From Basidiobolus meristosporus CBS 931.73 (lineage: Eukaryota > Fungi > Basidiobolomycota), in assembly GCA_002104905.1 (NCBI GenBank), contig MCFE01000442.1, positions 10,231 to 74,230 on the forward strand: a DNA stretch of 64,000 nucleotides, in the 5' to 3' direction. The number at the start of each line of letters is the position of its first letter. Position 1 is the stretch's first letter. Below are positions 13,027-28,062 of this stretch, in pieces. The notes under the pieces were generated by a model, which was not told where the DNA came from, searched no databases, and saw only the letters and a list, made by a program, of their open reading frames with translations. The position numbers and the translations under genes are program-made.

Positions 13027-13230
13027 AATTAGGTGTAAATCCAACTCTTCATGCTAGGACTAAATACATAATGATTAGACATCATTTCATACAGGACGCT
13101 AAATAGATTAACTTAGTTCACTGTCTTTCAGATGAAATGATTGCAGATATGTTCACCAAACCATTAGCTAGAGGCAAACTTGAATATATTAGATCACAGT
13201 TGGGCCTAGCTAATACAAATATTTAGCTGT
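13027..13230 (+). mobile_element. Decayed copia RNase H C-terminal fragment
   Basis: Nucleotide similarity by eye to the end of pol in the full element (CCAACTCTTCATGCTAGGACTAA..GATGAAATGATTGCAGATATGTTCACCAAACCATTAGCTAGA). Confidence 0.8.
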
Positions 13231-13302
13231 ATTTACAAAATTTACATCAGAAGGTACCACCAGAATAGCACTTCAATTCCAGCAAGATTTCATACAAGTT
13301 AC

Positions 13303-13634
13303 TGTTGTAAAAATTCGGAATTCCACCTAAATATTCACCTAACTTAGTCACTTAGATCATTGCCTTCAAATCCTAGAGAATACTGACCAAATTCCTTGTT
13401 GGGATTTACTTAGAATATTTACCCAGAACATGAAGGTTTGATAAGTTGTCCAAACAGCCCCAAACTTTGCACACATGTTCTTGGGACCTTCCTTAACCTA
13501 TTCTACGTGTTTGTTATGCCAAGACCATGTAAAAGTATAAATACTACTTTTACAATCAATAAATCATTAAGTGAAAACCACATAATCTACTTGTCCTCCC
13601 AGTCACTTCCAATATCTCCAAGACTCTTGCAACA
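13303..13634 (+). mobile_element. Copia solo LTR, short subtype (17-nt deletion)
   Basis: TGTTG...CAACA, 332 bp, with a perfect TSD, GTTAC (13298-13302 and 13635-13639). Contains TATAAATA (13536) and AATAAA (~13558). Confidence 0.95.
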
Positions 13635-15018
13635 GTTACAAGATTGAGATCTTTCACAGTGATATAGTAGCTTTGCAAAGTTAGTGGTCTGTTGCCTTTG
13701 TAGAGATCTTAAGAGTTAAAAGTGGTATTCTCCAAATGGTGTTGGTCTTTATCTCTAAATGTAGTGCCCAACTTCAAGTAAATAGCAACTCCTAAGTATT
13801 TAGAAGTATTTTGGATATCCATGGGAAATTTGCTGTATAATGAGGTAAGTGAGGCTCAAAAGTGATCCATAATATTAGAGCAAGTTGAGTAGAGATATTG
13901 TATTTATTCCTTGTGAAAAACAGATAATAGTTATGTATTTGAAAAAACCCAAAGCCCAACAAGGATGCATGCTAAGTATGATATCACGTCTAAAATTCAG
14001 AATATTGGGTGAGAGTTCCACCAGAATTGATATTTAAGTATATATCTAGCACGCCGTACCTCACAAATCTTATTACAAGAAGCCCGTCCGCACTCAAGGA
14101 TTAAATATTTATTCACACCACAACGTTGAGGAAGGACTAATGCAAATATTTGATTGTGAATCAACCACATTTCCTACTACAATATAGCATGGTACACTGA
14201 CCACCAAGCCAGTAATTTATGTGCTCATATGTCTTTGTATGAAAACGAGTGATTAGTATGGCCTTGGAAGTGATTTGACGCGCATTTCTACAATTGCTAC
14301 AAGATCTTTGAAATAATATTGGTATTGACCATGCGCGAAATCTTGGAATCACTAGGAACACTACACATTGTTTGTAACATTACATACCTATTCAGTGTTT
14401 GTAGATATCCGAAGTGCTGGCCCATAAAGCAGCAATTTGACGTGAATTGAAATGGCCTCGTAGAATCGACGTTTAAAAGGATATGTGCAACGTCTAGAGG
14501 CAACACAATCCCAAAACACATTGATTAAATATGAACAAATAATAGTTATACAACAGCTCAAGGCAGATAAACACTTGCTTCCTGTATAATATTCCCACCA
14601 GCAATGACACCAACTGAATAAATAACCCGATGTTGCAGATTAATAACTACACCTTGTTGAAACACGTGTTTTATTTAACTGATTTGACTGTTCAAGAATA
14701 TTCACTAATCGGTTGGAAATTTCCCGATCCTGGAACCATCGTCTTTTAGTCTAGATTGCATAATTTCGTCGTATCATCATTCTGATTCCTTGGTTTGACT
14801 CCTTTATCATCTAAAATCCCATCGAACTGTGTCACATCCTTGTCATTCACGTAACATTTCCCTCTTCCAGCCTGGTTTCAAGTTCTTCATTTCCAAGAAC
14901 ATTGAACATCAAAGTGTATTCTTGCATTTAGATATCGGCTGACTCTTTCAGCTGCTGCATTTTTTCGCACTAGTCCCCTATTCTCCTACATATCCCTTTT
15001 GTGAATATCATCGAGCAC

Positions 15019-17883
<2,865 letters not shown>

Positions 17884-18329
17884 AGCACATTATTTACCCA
17901 CTGCACACATTTACCCCCCCCCCGCACTCGCCTCCGTCATCAGCATGCTTGGTCTAATGGGGACTTCTCGATTTTTGAAACGGCTTCTTTATTGATTTTA
18001 TCTTTTGAATCACCGCGCCTCCCACAGCCTCTGGGACAAGCGACGATGTCTGTGTACATTCAATAAACTATAATGAAAAGTCCGCCTCATTCTGCACGGT
18101 CTAGTCTATCAGCATCAAAGGCCCACCTCATTTACACGGTCTAACCCATCAGCTTTATATCCATCAAGTTAAAGGTAAAGGGTGGTGAAGATTATACACA
18201 AAAGGGACTATGGTCAGGTGCGGGTGCTCTGTAAGGTGGCCATTAGTGTGACGCTTGGGGACATGAGTGATAAAAATATTCGTAATATGTATATATATAT
18301 ATTGATCTATCATTGAATGGAATTTCATA

Positions 18330-19949
18330 TTAATCACAGCAGGCCCGACACGTAAAGACGTCCATGACAGTCGACCAAAAGTCTTTTCTCGGCTCAACAT
18401 TTGGGGGGTTGTGAGGCGGTGGAATATTTGGTGTTTCGTGCTGTCGTGGTGGAGTTTGGATATTTGCGCTGGTATTGTGAGAGTATCCTCGAGGCGTGCG
18501 CGATTCCTTTGTCTAACAAGATTAATTAATGGTGTGTCAAGCATTACGTGAACGCTCAAAGTGTACATACCAAGCCGTGGTCTTGTGATACCCAGTCATA
18601 CATCCCATCATTACGCTGCCCCATTTTCTCCAAAACCTGTTCGAATAGACCCCGGAGGCGTTTGTAGTCGGGTTTATCCTCGAAGCCAAGGGTACGAACA
18701 TAGTTCATATACTGTGCAAACTCCTCTGCATTAAATGAAATGATTTGAGTTGAACGTCATCGGAAACCCACCGACCCAACCGGTTCAATACCTGGAAACC
18801 CGCCACATAGTTCTTTTATGGATGTTGTTTGCTTTTTCTCACCAATCTTCGAGTATTTCTGCTTGGCGTTGGCGGCCTTCAATCCTTGCCACGGAAGTGA
18901 CCCACGAAGGAAGTACATGAACACGTGTCCAAGCGATTCAAGATCATCTCTTCGAGATTGCTCTAAGATGCAACGTTAATGACGGGTTTCGAAATGTCCG
19001 GGAAATAGCGCGTCACTTACCTCTGCCGAGATGTGTATTGATACTCATATAGCGAGCGGTTCCGGTGAGGCTTTTCCGCTCTCTGAATGGGATGTGCTGT
19101 TTGGTTTTGGGGTTGATGTAGTACTTTGCCATTCCAAAGTCAACCATGTAAACCGATGTTTCATGGGAGGAGTTGGGGCGGCCGAGTAAAAAATTATCTG
19201 GTTTGATGTCTCGATAAATAAGCCCATGTTCGTGGACAGACTGAATACGCAAAATCTAAGGTTTCACAGGAGTTAATCCAGGAGAAACATGGTGATACCA
19301 TGGCGTTGCTTCCGTACCATCTGAATAGCCAACATAGCCACTGTCTTGACGCTGAATTTACGATGGGATTTTTCAAACACATCCTCCAGGCTGGGCCCCA
19401 GTATGTCAATCACTAGCACATTGTAGGCGCCCTCTTGGCCAAAGTAGTAGGCAGAAGGTATGCATGCTTGATGGAGGTAAACTAGTTTAATCTGGAGCAC
19501 CGTGAGCAATAAACAACCAATTGACTTACAAACACCACTGAGTATTTTGTAAACTTTATATTCATCCCGGAGTTGAGGGACTGAAGCTTTTCGATTTTCC
19601 TAAGGCTGTGATCAAGGGTAATAACCATCCAGGGGGATGCGGGAAGGAGGCAAGAAAAGTGAGGCATGTTAAGGATACGAATTTGAGTGCGACGGCCTTT
19701 TTTCGGTTGAGATCGGTGCCTGATGTTCAACGTCAAGGGTTGTGAGACGATGAGTATGGGGTTCAGTACAACCTCAGTCACCTACTGGAGGTATACGTCA
19801 AGTGTGGCTATAGGAAGAGAAGTACCTTCAAAAATAACACCAAAACTTCCTTCACCAATTCTACGACCGACACGATATTGATTCCCTACCACACCGGGGA
19901 TCTCTCTGTCATTGGAGGAATCGGGGATGCGCGGGTTTCTAGGAGACAT
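18330..19949 (-). CDS. Casein kinase I, Yck/CK1-gamma type, with C-terminal cysteine cluster (CRACCD*)
   Basis: [65 protein letters not shown] and LPWQGLKA. All introns can be read in frame. Confidence 0.95.
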
Positions 19950-20555
19950 CTACCAACAGAAGTGAACTAAGACGAGGGGAAAAGAAAGAGGACCGAACAC
20001 ACCCAGGCGTCTAATAGTGTATTCAATTTAACCAAGATAAAAAGCTACGAAAGTACCGCGGAATTGGCAATGTATAGGACTATTAAATAATCAGCACTGA
20101 ATCAAAATCAGCAAAGATAAGGGAACTGCACAAACTGATCTAGAAATTGCATTGAAAATAAGTTGCTCTCAGAAGCAACCTAAAAAGGGGATTGCTTCTC
20201 TTTGTTCCTTTTTTGAGGGAGTCGTGCTCCTTGACCTGTCCCCTTTATGTATCCATATGTTAGGTGTACAAAACAGAATTGCTTCCTAGATACAACCCAA
20301 TCAAGTGCGTATTGCTTTTTTGGGATTCTCAATATGGTGCGCGAGTCGATGTCGCGTAGTAAGGACAGTTGGAGGTAAACAACCTGGCGTGGATGTGGTG
20401 TGGATGGGCTGTGAGTATTGGGGGTAAACCAAGTGTGCCAAGTTCCTCTGCACACACATGCAGTCGCTTTATTCCAAGGATCAGTGTTGCATATTATATT
20501 ATATAGATTAGGCGTTTGTTAAGGCGGTGAGCTAGACTACTGAGATTGGTTTCGG

Positions 20556-22353
20556 CTAATCCACAAGATCAGCGTCTTCGATTTCCTTCCTATTCAGATT
20601 CCCATCAACACACCACGCCAGCACGACTCCCGCCACAGTGAACCCAATTAGAATCCAGTTGGCTGCCTTCATCGGATAGCTTTGCTTCTCGTTCTGGAGG
20701 AAATCCATGCCCACGATAAACAGGATCCCAAATATCTGCGCCGCCGAATTTAGCAGCCCGGCCGAGGTGGTCTCGCTGAGCGGATAGTAGAGCTCTCCTG
20801 CGTATTGAAAAAACCCAGATATGATGGCTGTGGTTGAAGGATGTGAGTTGCTATCGGTCAGAACCATTGCTCAATAACCAGGTACCTGATGAGAAGAAGC
20901 CATACGCCAAGCTGCGGTCGAAAGGGGTGGTTAGCAATCGGCCAGTCAAGAGAATAGAACTCGTCCGGCACTCCACCTGGAACCGAACACAAGCGCGAAG
21001 CTGCCCAACTCCACGATCAGATGGAAGCCAAGTAAGGACAGTAGTGTCCCGACAAACAAAAACCTACACATCTCCCTGTATCTGTAGGTTTGATCCAGAT
21101 ACAGTCCACACAGAATACTACTGACGACTCCAGCAATGATGAACCAAAACCCTATCTGTCCTATCGCTGACTTGAAGTGGGCTTATATTAGCTGCAGGCC
21201 TTAGACGTGAGTGTGTGCGTGAGTGGGTGTTCTACTACCTCTGTGTACGTAGGATGCATAGGCAGAATAATCTGAGCCAGCAATGTACTGACGGCATACT
21301 GTCCACCTACAACAATGCCATATGCCATAAATAACAGAATAAAGCTCCATTGACCCAGAAGGATCTTTATCGACTGGATTACTGCATGTGGATTCTCAAG
21401 AACAACGGAACAGCTACCTCTGCATTAGATTTCCCGGTTTTCGCGAGCCTGCAATCGAGACATACCTTGGTGGAACCTTCGGCCTGGAATCGAACGTGAG
21501 GACAACGAATATCAAGATCAGCCCACAGAATAGGAACTGCCGTGAAAACATCATTAGCAAGATCAGTGCTACGACCATAGACCGTGGATACCGATTACTT
21601 GATACAACAGGTATTTTGGGATATCATCGAATGCCGTTCCATCGCGAATAAATACCGGTGAAAGCAGAAAACTGGAATGATCAGGTCGAATTACTAAACG
21701 CTGCTACATGCAAAAATGGTGAGATATAAACCCTAGAGCAACACCAAGATTGTTTGCGGTGACCCCTATAGCGCTAGCTGTGTTCCGTTCATGAGAGCCG
21801 AACCATACACTTGCAAGTCTTGGTGGGATACCTAAAGGGGAGAGAGGTTATGGTTTGTGCAGAGCGTATGCGGCTTGTCAGTTTTACCTAGTATAAATAC
21901 TTGGCCCGCGGCCGCTAAAAACTGTCCAAAAAACAGAACCCAGAAATTGACAGCCCAACCTCCGAAGAAGCGAAACAAAGCACCTAGACAGTTGAGGAAT
22001 GCGCCCACCAAAATCACTTGCCTAAGACCACCACCGTGGCTAACATCAGCAGATTTCCCTAATTCAAACACCCATAAGGAGGGTAAAAAAAGAATCGGGT
22101 ACACCACCAAGTAAATGGTGGACAACGAGTTGATGTAGAACGTGGACGACTGGCCAAAATACTCCATGAATACGCCTTGACAGGGAGCGAACGTTATCCA
22201 CATGGCCGCCGACGAAAAGGACAGGATAGAAAAACCGAATAAAATTATCCAGCGTTTAGGCTCTAGGGCATATTGAGGCCTCTGCCCTTTTAAGAGTGGC
22301 TGTTGTTGGGCATTTTGTACTTGCGATGTTGACTCTACAGCAGCTTCGATCAT
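20556..22353 (-). CDS. Major facilitator superfamily transporter, FLVCR/DIRC2-like
   Basis: Y..PKRWIILFGFSILSFSSAAMWITFAP, FFGQFLAAAGQVFILG and AGELYYPLSETTSAGLLN match FLVCR-family motifs. Multi-exon; internal exons not fully traced. Confidence 0.88.
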
Positions 22354-22582
22354 CAAGTTCTTGGCTTGAGAAATTACAAGGACAAAGAGCCTTGTGAGAC
22401 TTTTACCCCATATATCATCTAAATGTGAACACTCTGCATTTAGACTGCTATTAAGCGTGAATTAAGCAGTAACCACTCAGTATTGAAACTATAGAAGATT
22501 TATTTGGATAAAGAATTACTACTACATTGAATTTTGAAATAGATGATTGTAAAGGTAATCCAGTCTATTTGATTCACTGATC

Positions 22583-23376
22583 CTAATTTGCTTTCTTCGA
22601 TGGGGCATCAGTAACAGCAGCTGTTTGATTATCAGCGGCAGCGGGTGCGGCCTCATTGGTGGGTGCTGCTAAATTGCTGTTTTGATTCAAATATTAAGAT
22701 AAATCCTTCGGATATGATGGCATCATAGCACTTACCCGAATGGGGATTCGACCTTCCAAGGGCGCTGCAAATCGCCCTCAGCGGGCTTGTTGAGAATGTG
22801 AACCTTGAACAACTTGGTCTCACAAGCGCTCTTAAGGGGCAAGATGGATTGAAGGAACAAAGGTTGGATATAGCCCCACTTGTAGTGAATGAAGCCCAGG
22901 ATGGCAACAGAGATGAGGGTTTGTTTGACTTGCTTTTGGAGCTCGCCAAGATCGTAGTCACGAACAGTGGTGGTAATCTCGGTTTGTCTAGAAATCGACG
23001 TTAGTATTGCCACATTGATGAAATTGCAGCTGTATACATACTCTTGAGCCATAGGTTTAGGTTCGGTGTATGTTAATGGAGTGGTATCTATCGTTCAAAC
23101 ACATTAGGGAATTGTCAAAGCAAAAGTGGCTAGATGATCTTACCATTCTTGGCCTTGATGCGAGTCATAATAAAGAAGCTCAGTGCAAGAATGAGGGCGT
23201 TCGAGGTGACATAAGCCATTTGAACATATTGCTTATTGCCTTCATCCTCCAGGTTGAGCTTTCTGGACACTTGTACAAGTACAAGCACCAAACCCATGTT
23301 CAGTAACTAAAAGAAGAATCCATAAGTATCACGCTAGCGGAATTTCAAGGCATCACAAGCATACTTGAGAGTTCAT
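22583..23376 (-). CDS. PHO88: Pho88/Snd3 ER membrane protein
   Basis: MNSQ|LLNM..VQVSRKLNLED..IKAKND..TTVRDYDL..MH/IHYKWGYIQPLFLQSILPLKSA..VHILNKPAEGDLQRPWK. Confidence 0.92.
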
Positions 23377-23942
23377 ATTGGGCAACACGATAGAATGAAC
23401 GTTAAGAAAGAAACGACTCAAAGATACAGGTAATCATCCACTTCAATTTAAAGCAACATCAAATCCTTCTACCATGGAAAAAACCATGGAATCCCTATCG
23501 TGTGGTAAGTTGATTGGAGCTAACCAAAGAATTGTGTAAATGATGCAAATTGTCCCACTAGAATCCAAGATGCTCTCATACAATAAGCATGCTAACGTAT
23601 CATCAATTATTGGACAGAAATATGGCAATTACGCGACACTGTGAAGAGTGGTTGGATGGTCTCCATAGTATCGGCACACAGTGCAATGGAGACTGATATC
23701 ATTACCCATCAGCATTGGAGCATCCAATCATTGTGAGCCTGAAAAAAAAACCCTTTTTTTTCATATTGGGATTCGAAGGAATTGAATAAATTCCCGGAAG
23801 ATGGAATCGATGTCCTTACTACACTCTCCCACCTACTGTGTACGTATTTACTTGCCTGTATGACTTTCGTTGACCAAGTGCTAATCGACTGAACTTCATT
23901 TTAATGAATTAAATGTAGTGAGGACGTCTGTTGGCAATTACC

Positions 23943-24374
23943 ATGTCCGCCGAAAACCAAGAAATCCCCCAAGAAGTCGAAGTCGCCCCTGAGGCCGCTC
24001 CTCGCGGACAAATGTCTGTTGAAGAGGCTCTCCAAGAAGTCCTCAAGAAGGCTTTGGTCCATGATGGCCTTGCCCGCGGTTTGAGAGAGTGTGCCAAGGC
24101 CCTCGACAAGCGTCAAGCCCACTTGTGCGTCCTTGTCGAAACCTGTACCGAGAAGGAGTACATCAGACTCGTTGAGGCTCTCTGCGCTGAGCACAACATC
24201 AACCTCATCAAGGTTTCTGATGCCAAGAAGCTTGGTGAATGGGCCGGTCTTTGCAAGATCGATCGTGAAGGTAGCGCTCGCAAGGTCGTTGGCTGCTCTT
24301 GCGTTGTCGTCAAGGACTACGGAGAGGAATCCGAGGCCTTGAACGTCCTTCTCGAATACTTCAAGTCTCATTAA
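23943..24374 (+). CDS. RPS12: 40S ribosomal protein eS12. CDS has no intron; probable 5'-UTR intron at 23840-23918 and 3'-UTR intron at 24383-24555
   Basis: [72 protein letters not shown]. Confidence 0.98.
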   Translation: MSAENQEIPQEVEVAPEAAPRGQMSVEEALQEVLKKALVHDGLARGLRECAKALDKRQAHLCVLVETCTEKEYIRLVEALCAEHNINLIKVSDAKKLGEWAGLCKIDREGSARKVVGCSCVVVKDYGEESEALNVLLEYFKSH

Positions 24375-24414
24375 ATACTATGGTAAGTAGCTTTGAAATA
24401 TTGAAATCATATTC

Positions 24415-24496
24415 GGCGATGATGATTTTGGTCTCCCTCTTCTGAATCTTGTTGAGGAAAATTTACCAATCCGGAATCATATTATACGTCTGAGCC
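24415..24496 (+). ncRNA. Intronic box C/D snoRNA, SNORD100-like, predicted to guide 18S 2'-O-methylation
   Basis: Terminal stem GGC/GCC, C box ATGATGA (24419), D' box CTGA (24442), C' box TTGAGGA (24452), D box CTGA (24490). The D' guide CTCCCTCTT is complementary to conserved 18S GAGAGGGAG, and TCCGGAATC (24470) to the adjacent GATTCCGGA. It lies inside a GTAAGT..CTAAC..CAG intron. Confidence 0.85.
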
Positions 24497-25345
24497 TACA
24501 CATGAATATGAAAATTACTTCTCTTGATAAGTCAGAATCTAACCAACTTTCACAGGACTTGTCCGTCGTATTTTATGTACATTAATAAATTCTTTTGAAA
24601 TCAATTCCTCGTCTACTTTGTTGCTCTCCACAGGATCTACCTACAGAGTACAGTAACCGACTGTATCATTGCATATCTATATTTAGCACGTCGAACAACG
24701 ACTAATGCTTGAACCGTTAATGCATGGACATTCATTAATTTGCATAACACACATCTCTATGAATGCGAGATCGCTCTGATCTTCAAGCTCGTTCATGTGG
24801 CAGTCGAGTGATTTTATTTCACTTGTCACATGCACAAGTCAGCCATGTATATAGTTGATCAGATTGAATATCTCAGAATATGTACTGTTTCCCTGCATTT
24901 ATTAGCTGCAAGAGCCACAGAGCAAACCCAGAGTACAACTCCTAGCTTTGGTCCCCTTGCTTGGTGATTGGTGCCTCATCGGTCACTCGGATCGTCTATG
25001 AAATTCGTGCTAGGAGTATGCCTTTTGATTATATATTGGCGTGACTATTCTGAATATAGTATGTAAACGCATAGTCGTCTAGCAGATATTGTGCATGCTC
25101 ATGGGCACTTAGTGTACTCTTATAAAGCGCTCAATGTCGGTTGAATTATTTGTCAAGATATCTTCAACGAGCTTCAGTACGTTAAACCTCTTCCAGGCCC
25201 TTGTATCAATCCCATTGTGCTGCCATAGACCGTTTACAACCCAGATATTGAAGAGCCTATTTCCGGCCGAAGAATCATTGCATTTGTAGATTAATTTCTC
25301 GCTTCAGAACTCATTCCTCCAACTCAAAAGCATCAATTGCCAGCC

Positions 25346-27005
25346 ATGCTCGTCAAGTCATTCATAAAATTGTTTTCTATTCTTCAGTTTTGCGGTTTGT
25401 TGTTCCTGGTCAACGGTCAGGCATGCACAAATCCTAGGGTTCGCAAAGAGATCCGGGAGTTGACTGCCGAAGAATGGAACACCTACATCGACGCCGTCAA
25501 CAAATTGCACTCAGGTCCTCCGCCCACCATTTACGATAGAATTGTAGCTGTTCACCTGAAGTACGTTGTGGAAGCGCATAATGTCCCATGCTTCTTCCCA
25601 TGGCACAGAAAATACATCCGAGAATTCGAGTTGGCTCTGCAAAGCATCAACAACACCATCACTTTGCCCTACTGGGATTGGAGCATCGATTCCCAGGCTC
25701 CTGAGACTAGTGCGATCTTCAAGCCTGAATACTTTGGCGCCAGCGGAGAGTCGGAATGCATTACTGAGGGGCCTTTCAAGGATTGGAAAATGTATGTCCC
25801 TACCCCCCATTGTTTGAAGCGACAGTGGAGCAAAGGTGATAAGATCAGCGCATTATATCCCCCCGAGTTGCTAGCAAAAATCGTCACTGGCGCCAAGTCC
25901 TACAACGAATTTCGCACGGCGATTGAAGCAGCCCCTCACGCACTTGTTCATGTCAACATTGGTGGTAAGACGGGGGATGTGGGAACCATGTGGAGCCCGA
26001 ATGAGTAAGTTGTCTTAAATGTACGTATCGGTGGTTTTGCATACTAATTTATTTCTTGATAGCCCACTCTTCTGGTCTCATCACGCATTTGTTGATAAAA
26101 TTTGGGCCGATTTCCAGCTTCTAAACCCGCATTTGGCAACCGATTACCAAGGGTTGGATTCCAACAATGCCACTGTTTCCGCAGAAGACGAGATCCCTCC
26201 ATTCAGTGCCACTGTAGCCAGCACCTTTAACATCGCCGATCCGTCCCTTTGCTATGCCTATTCCAATGCCGGATTTTTGGCGAAAAAACCGCTAGCTCAT
26301 CCCGCCAAACCCGCCGCAGCGAATAATCACCCTCCGGTCCCTCGAGCTGTTCGTCGTAGCAATGTACGCCGCGGCAACAGCTTCTATTCCGTCAAGCCCC
26401 ACCCCCTGCCGGCTCCAATGAATCATACCAAGGCAATCAGGAAGGATTGCTATTTGGACGCCGATGATCGCGAGAATATGAAGGAGCTACGTATCCCACC
26501 CCCGATTCCTGAGGCTTGGGCGAAAATGAACGGATATAGCGTCAACCAGATCCGCTCCTACGAGCATGAGTACTCCAACTTCATCGCCGACATCAACAAG
26601 GACCCCAACTATGTCTCCCCGGCATCCTTGGAGCGACACGGAGACATCGTTCGAAACTTGGTCGAAGGGACTTTGGATTCCCTGGGGCTGTTCGATGGAC
26701 TAGATCAAGTGCCGTTGTTGAATTTAGAAGCGCCGCTGAAAGTTGTCGATAATCTGGTCAACACCGTTGCTGATGTCATCGACGATGCGCTGTCACCCAT
26801 CCTCGGAAAGAACAATAATCTTATCCACAATACTGTAGATGGGTTATTGGAACCCATAGTGGGGCCGAATAAAGACGGAAAAGGAGGGCTATTGGGTGGT
26901 GTGGCCAAAACGGTCGGCGGGATACTGAGCCCTTTGACTGGAAAAAAGATCACCAACAATGAACCGAAACAACGAGTAAGAATAGGTGGTGTTGGATTAC
27001 TTTAG
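25346..27005 (+). CDS. Secreted tyrosinase (di-copper centre) with long C-terminal extension, 2 exons (intron 26005-26062)
   Basis: Signal peptide, then RVRKEIREL, CuA histidines (VAVH..AH..FFPWHR), LPYWDW, and CuB histidines (PHALVH..SPNDPLFWSHHAFVDKIW). Confidence 0.93.
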
Positions 27006-27498
27006 TATACCTCGGGAAAATCAGTGCAGAGCAGATCCGCTGCTACTCTCCATTAGCATTGTCCATTCATTCATTGATTCTATTATTGGGAAATAAATAA
27101 TACATTTACAAGCGAGACATCCACACTACACGGCTTATGACTAATAGAAGATCGATCTAGAGTGGTTACCAGGTTTGGATAAATTCCGTCAAAATCCAAA
27201 TGCCGGATCCAGTGACCGCACTTTGATCCAGATGCCATCTATTTTTGCCACTCTCGACCCATTATTAATCGGCCACGATAGCAGTCAGCGATAAGCGCCA
27301 TTATTTTAGGAAAATGAGGTTTATTATGGTTGCCGGGATGGCCAAGGTTCCGTATTATGATTGATATATGTACACGTTGCAAACTTTTCAGGGAGAATGC
27401 CTGGTATTAAGGAATGCTGACTACGCAGATGTTAAATTAGTGGATGTGGCGGAGTTTCTTGACACTGCCAATGTATGCTTCTAATGATAATGCTGCAC

Positions 27499-28062
27499 CT
27501 AAAGGCGACGATATCTACCGATAGGATATTGACAGTTCGGACACACGTGGACAACATCTATTTTTTTTGTGAGCAACTTGCCCAGAAACATCGAAACCTT
27601 TCTTTTGGAGCTTACCTTTGCACATGTGGGTGATGAACGGGACCCAAAAGAAAATACCAGTGAGCATGAATCTAATCAAAGTTGGTAAGCCATTGTACCG
27701 ATCGTACGAATCTCTGGAGGTATCACTTACAGTCCTAGCGAACTCAACCACACAGCTGAGCCATTCTTGAATTTCAGATTGGTGGTGCAATAGTTGTGGC
27801 AACCGGGGCATTGAATCCGTAAGGGTGAGTCGCGAAGCCGAGTCTTACACAGACTGTGAAAACGACGCAGGCTTGGCGGGAGATCAGTTTCCAGAGAAGG
27901 GCGTGGTGGGGAGATAGTCTCGTAGTGATGTTTGAAGCTGGACAATCTTGAGTCAGATATTCCTTGTTCGTAGAACATTGATTGGGGAGGGATTGGTTGT
28001 GCTGGAAGGCTAGCGGAGGATACTGATCTCATGAGTGGATCCTTGTAGTAGGTGCTAGGCAT
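27499..28062 (-). CDS. LITAF-like zinc-ribbon membrane protein, 3 exons
   Basis: Proline-rich N-terminus, then IQCPGCHN, a hydrophobic stretch (GSAVWLSSLGLFMLTGIFFWVPF) and DVVHVCPNCQYPIG. Confidence 0.88.

Larger units (their letters stand above)
11490..13634. mobile_element. Island of nested Ty1/copia LTRs and fragments (same family as 57044-61724)
   Basis: At least six LTR copies or fragments in both orientations share TGTTG..CAACA ends and internal motifs such as CCTAAATATTCACCTAACTTAGTCACTTAGATC and GTTGTCCAAACAGCCCC. Confidence 0.95.

Noticed and set aside
11490-13634. CRISPR-like or satellite interpretation of the repeated island
   Set aside because: The repeats are ~350-bp TG..CA LTRs with TSDs, not short repeats with unique spacers.
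13438-13647. Short ORFs repeated at 13438, 57049 and the N-terminal part of 60940-61503
   Set aside because: They are read-throughs of LTR sequence. The real gag start is the ATG in the PBS (61371).
8588-14735. Recurrent GGAAATTTCC palindrome (8588, 14716, near-match at 16)
   Set aside because: Only two HSE pentamers at these sites, and one lies in transposon debris. Only the 5317 site has three units.
23901-24371. Antisense ORFs over RPS12, and similar ones over FKS1 (e.g. 38649-39368, 40380-40862)
   Set aside because: Shadow ORFs of codon-biased genes.
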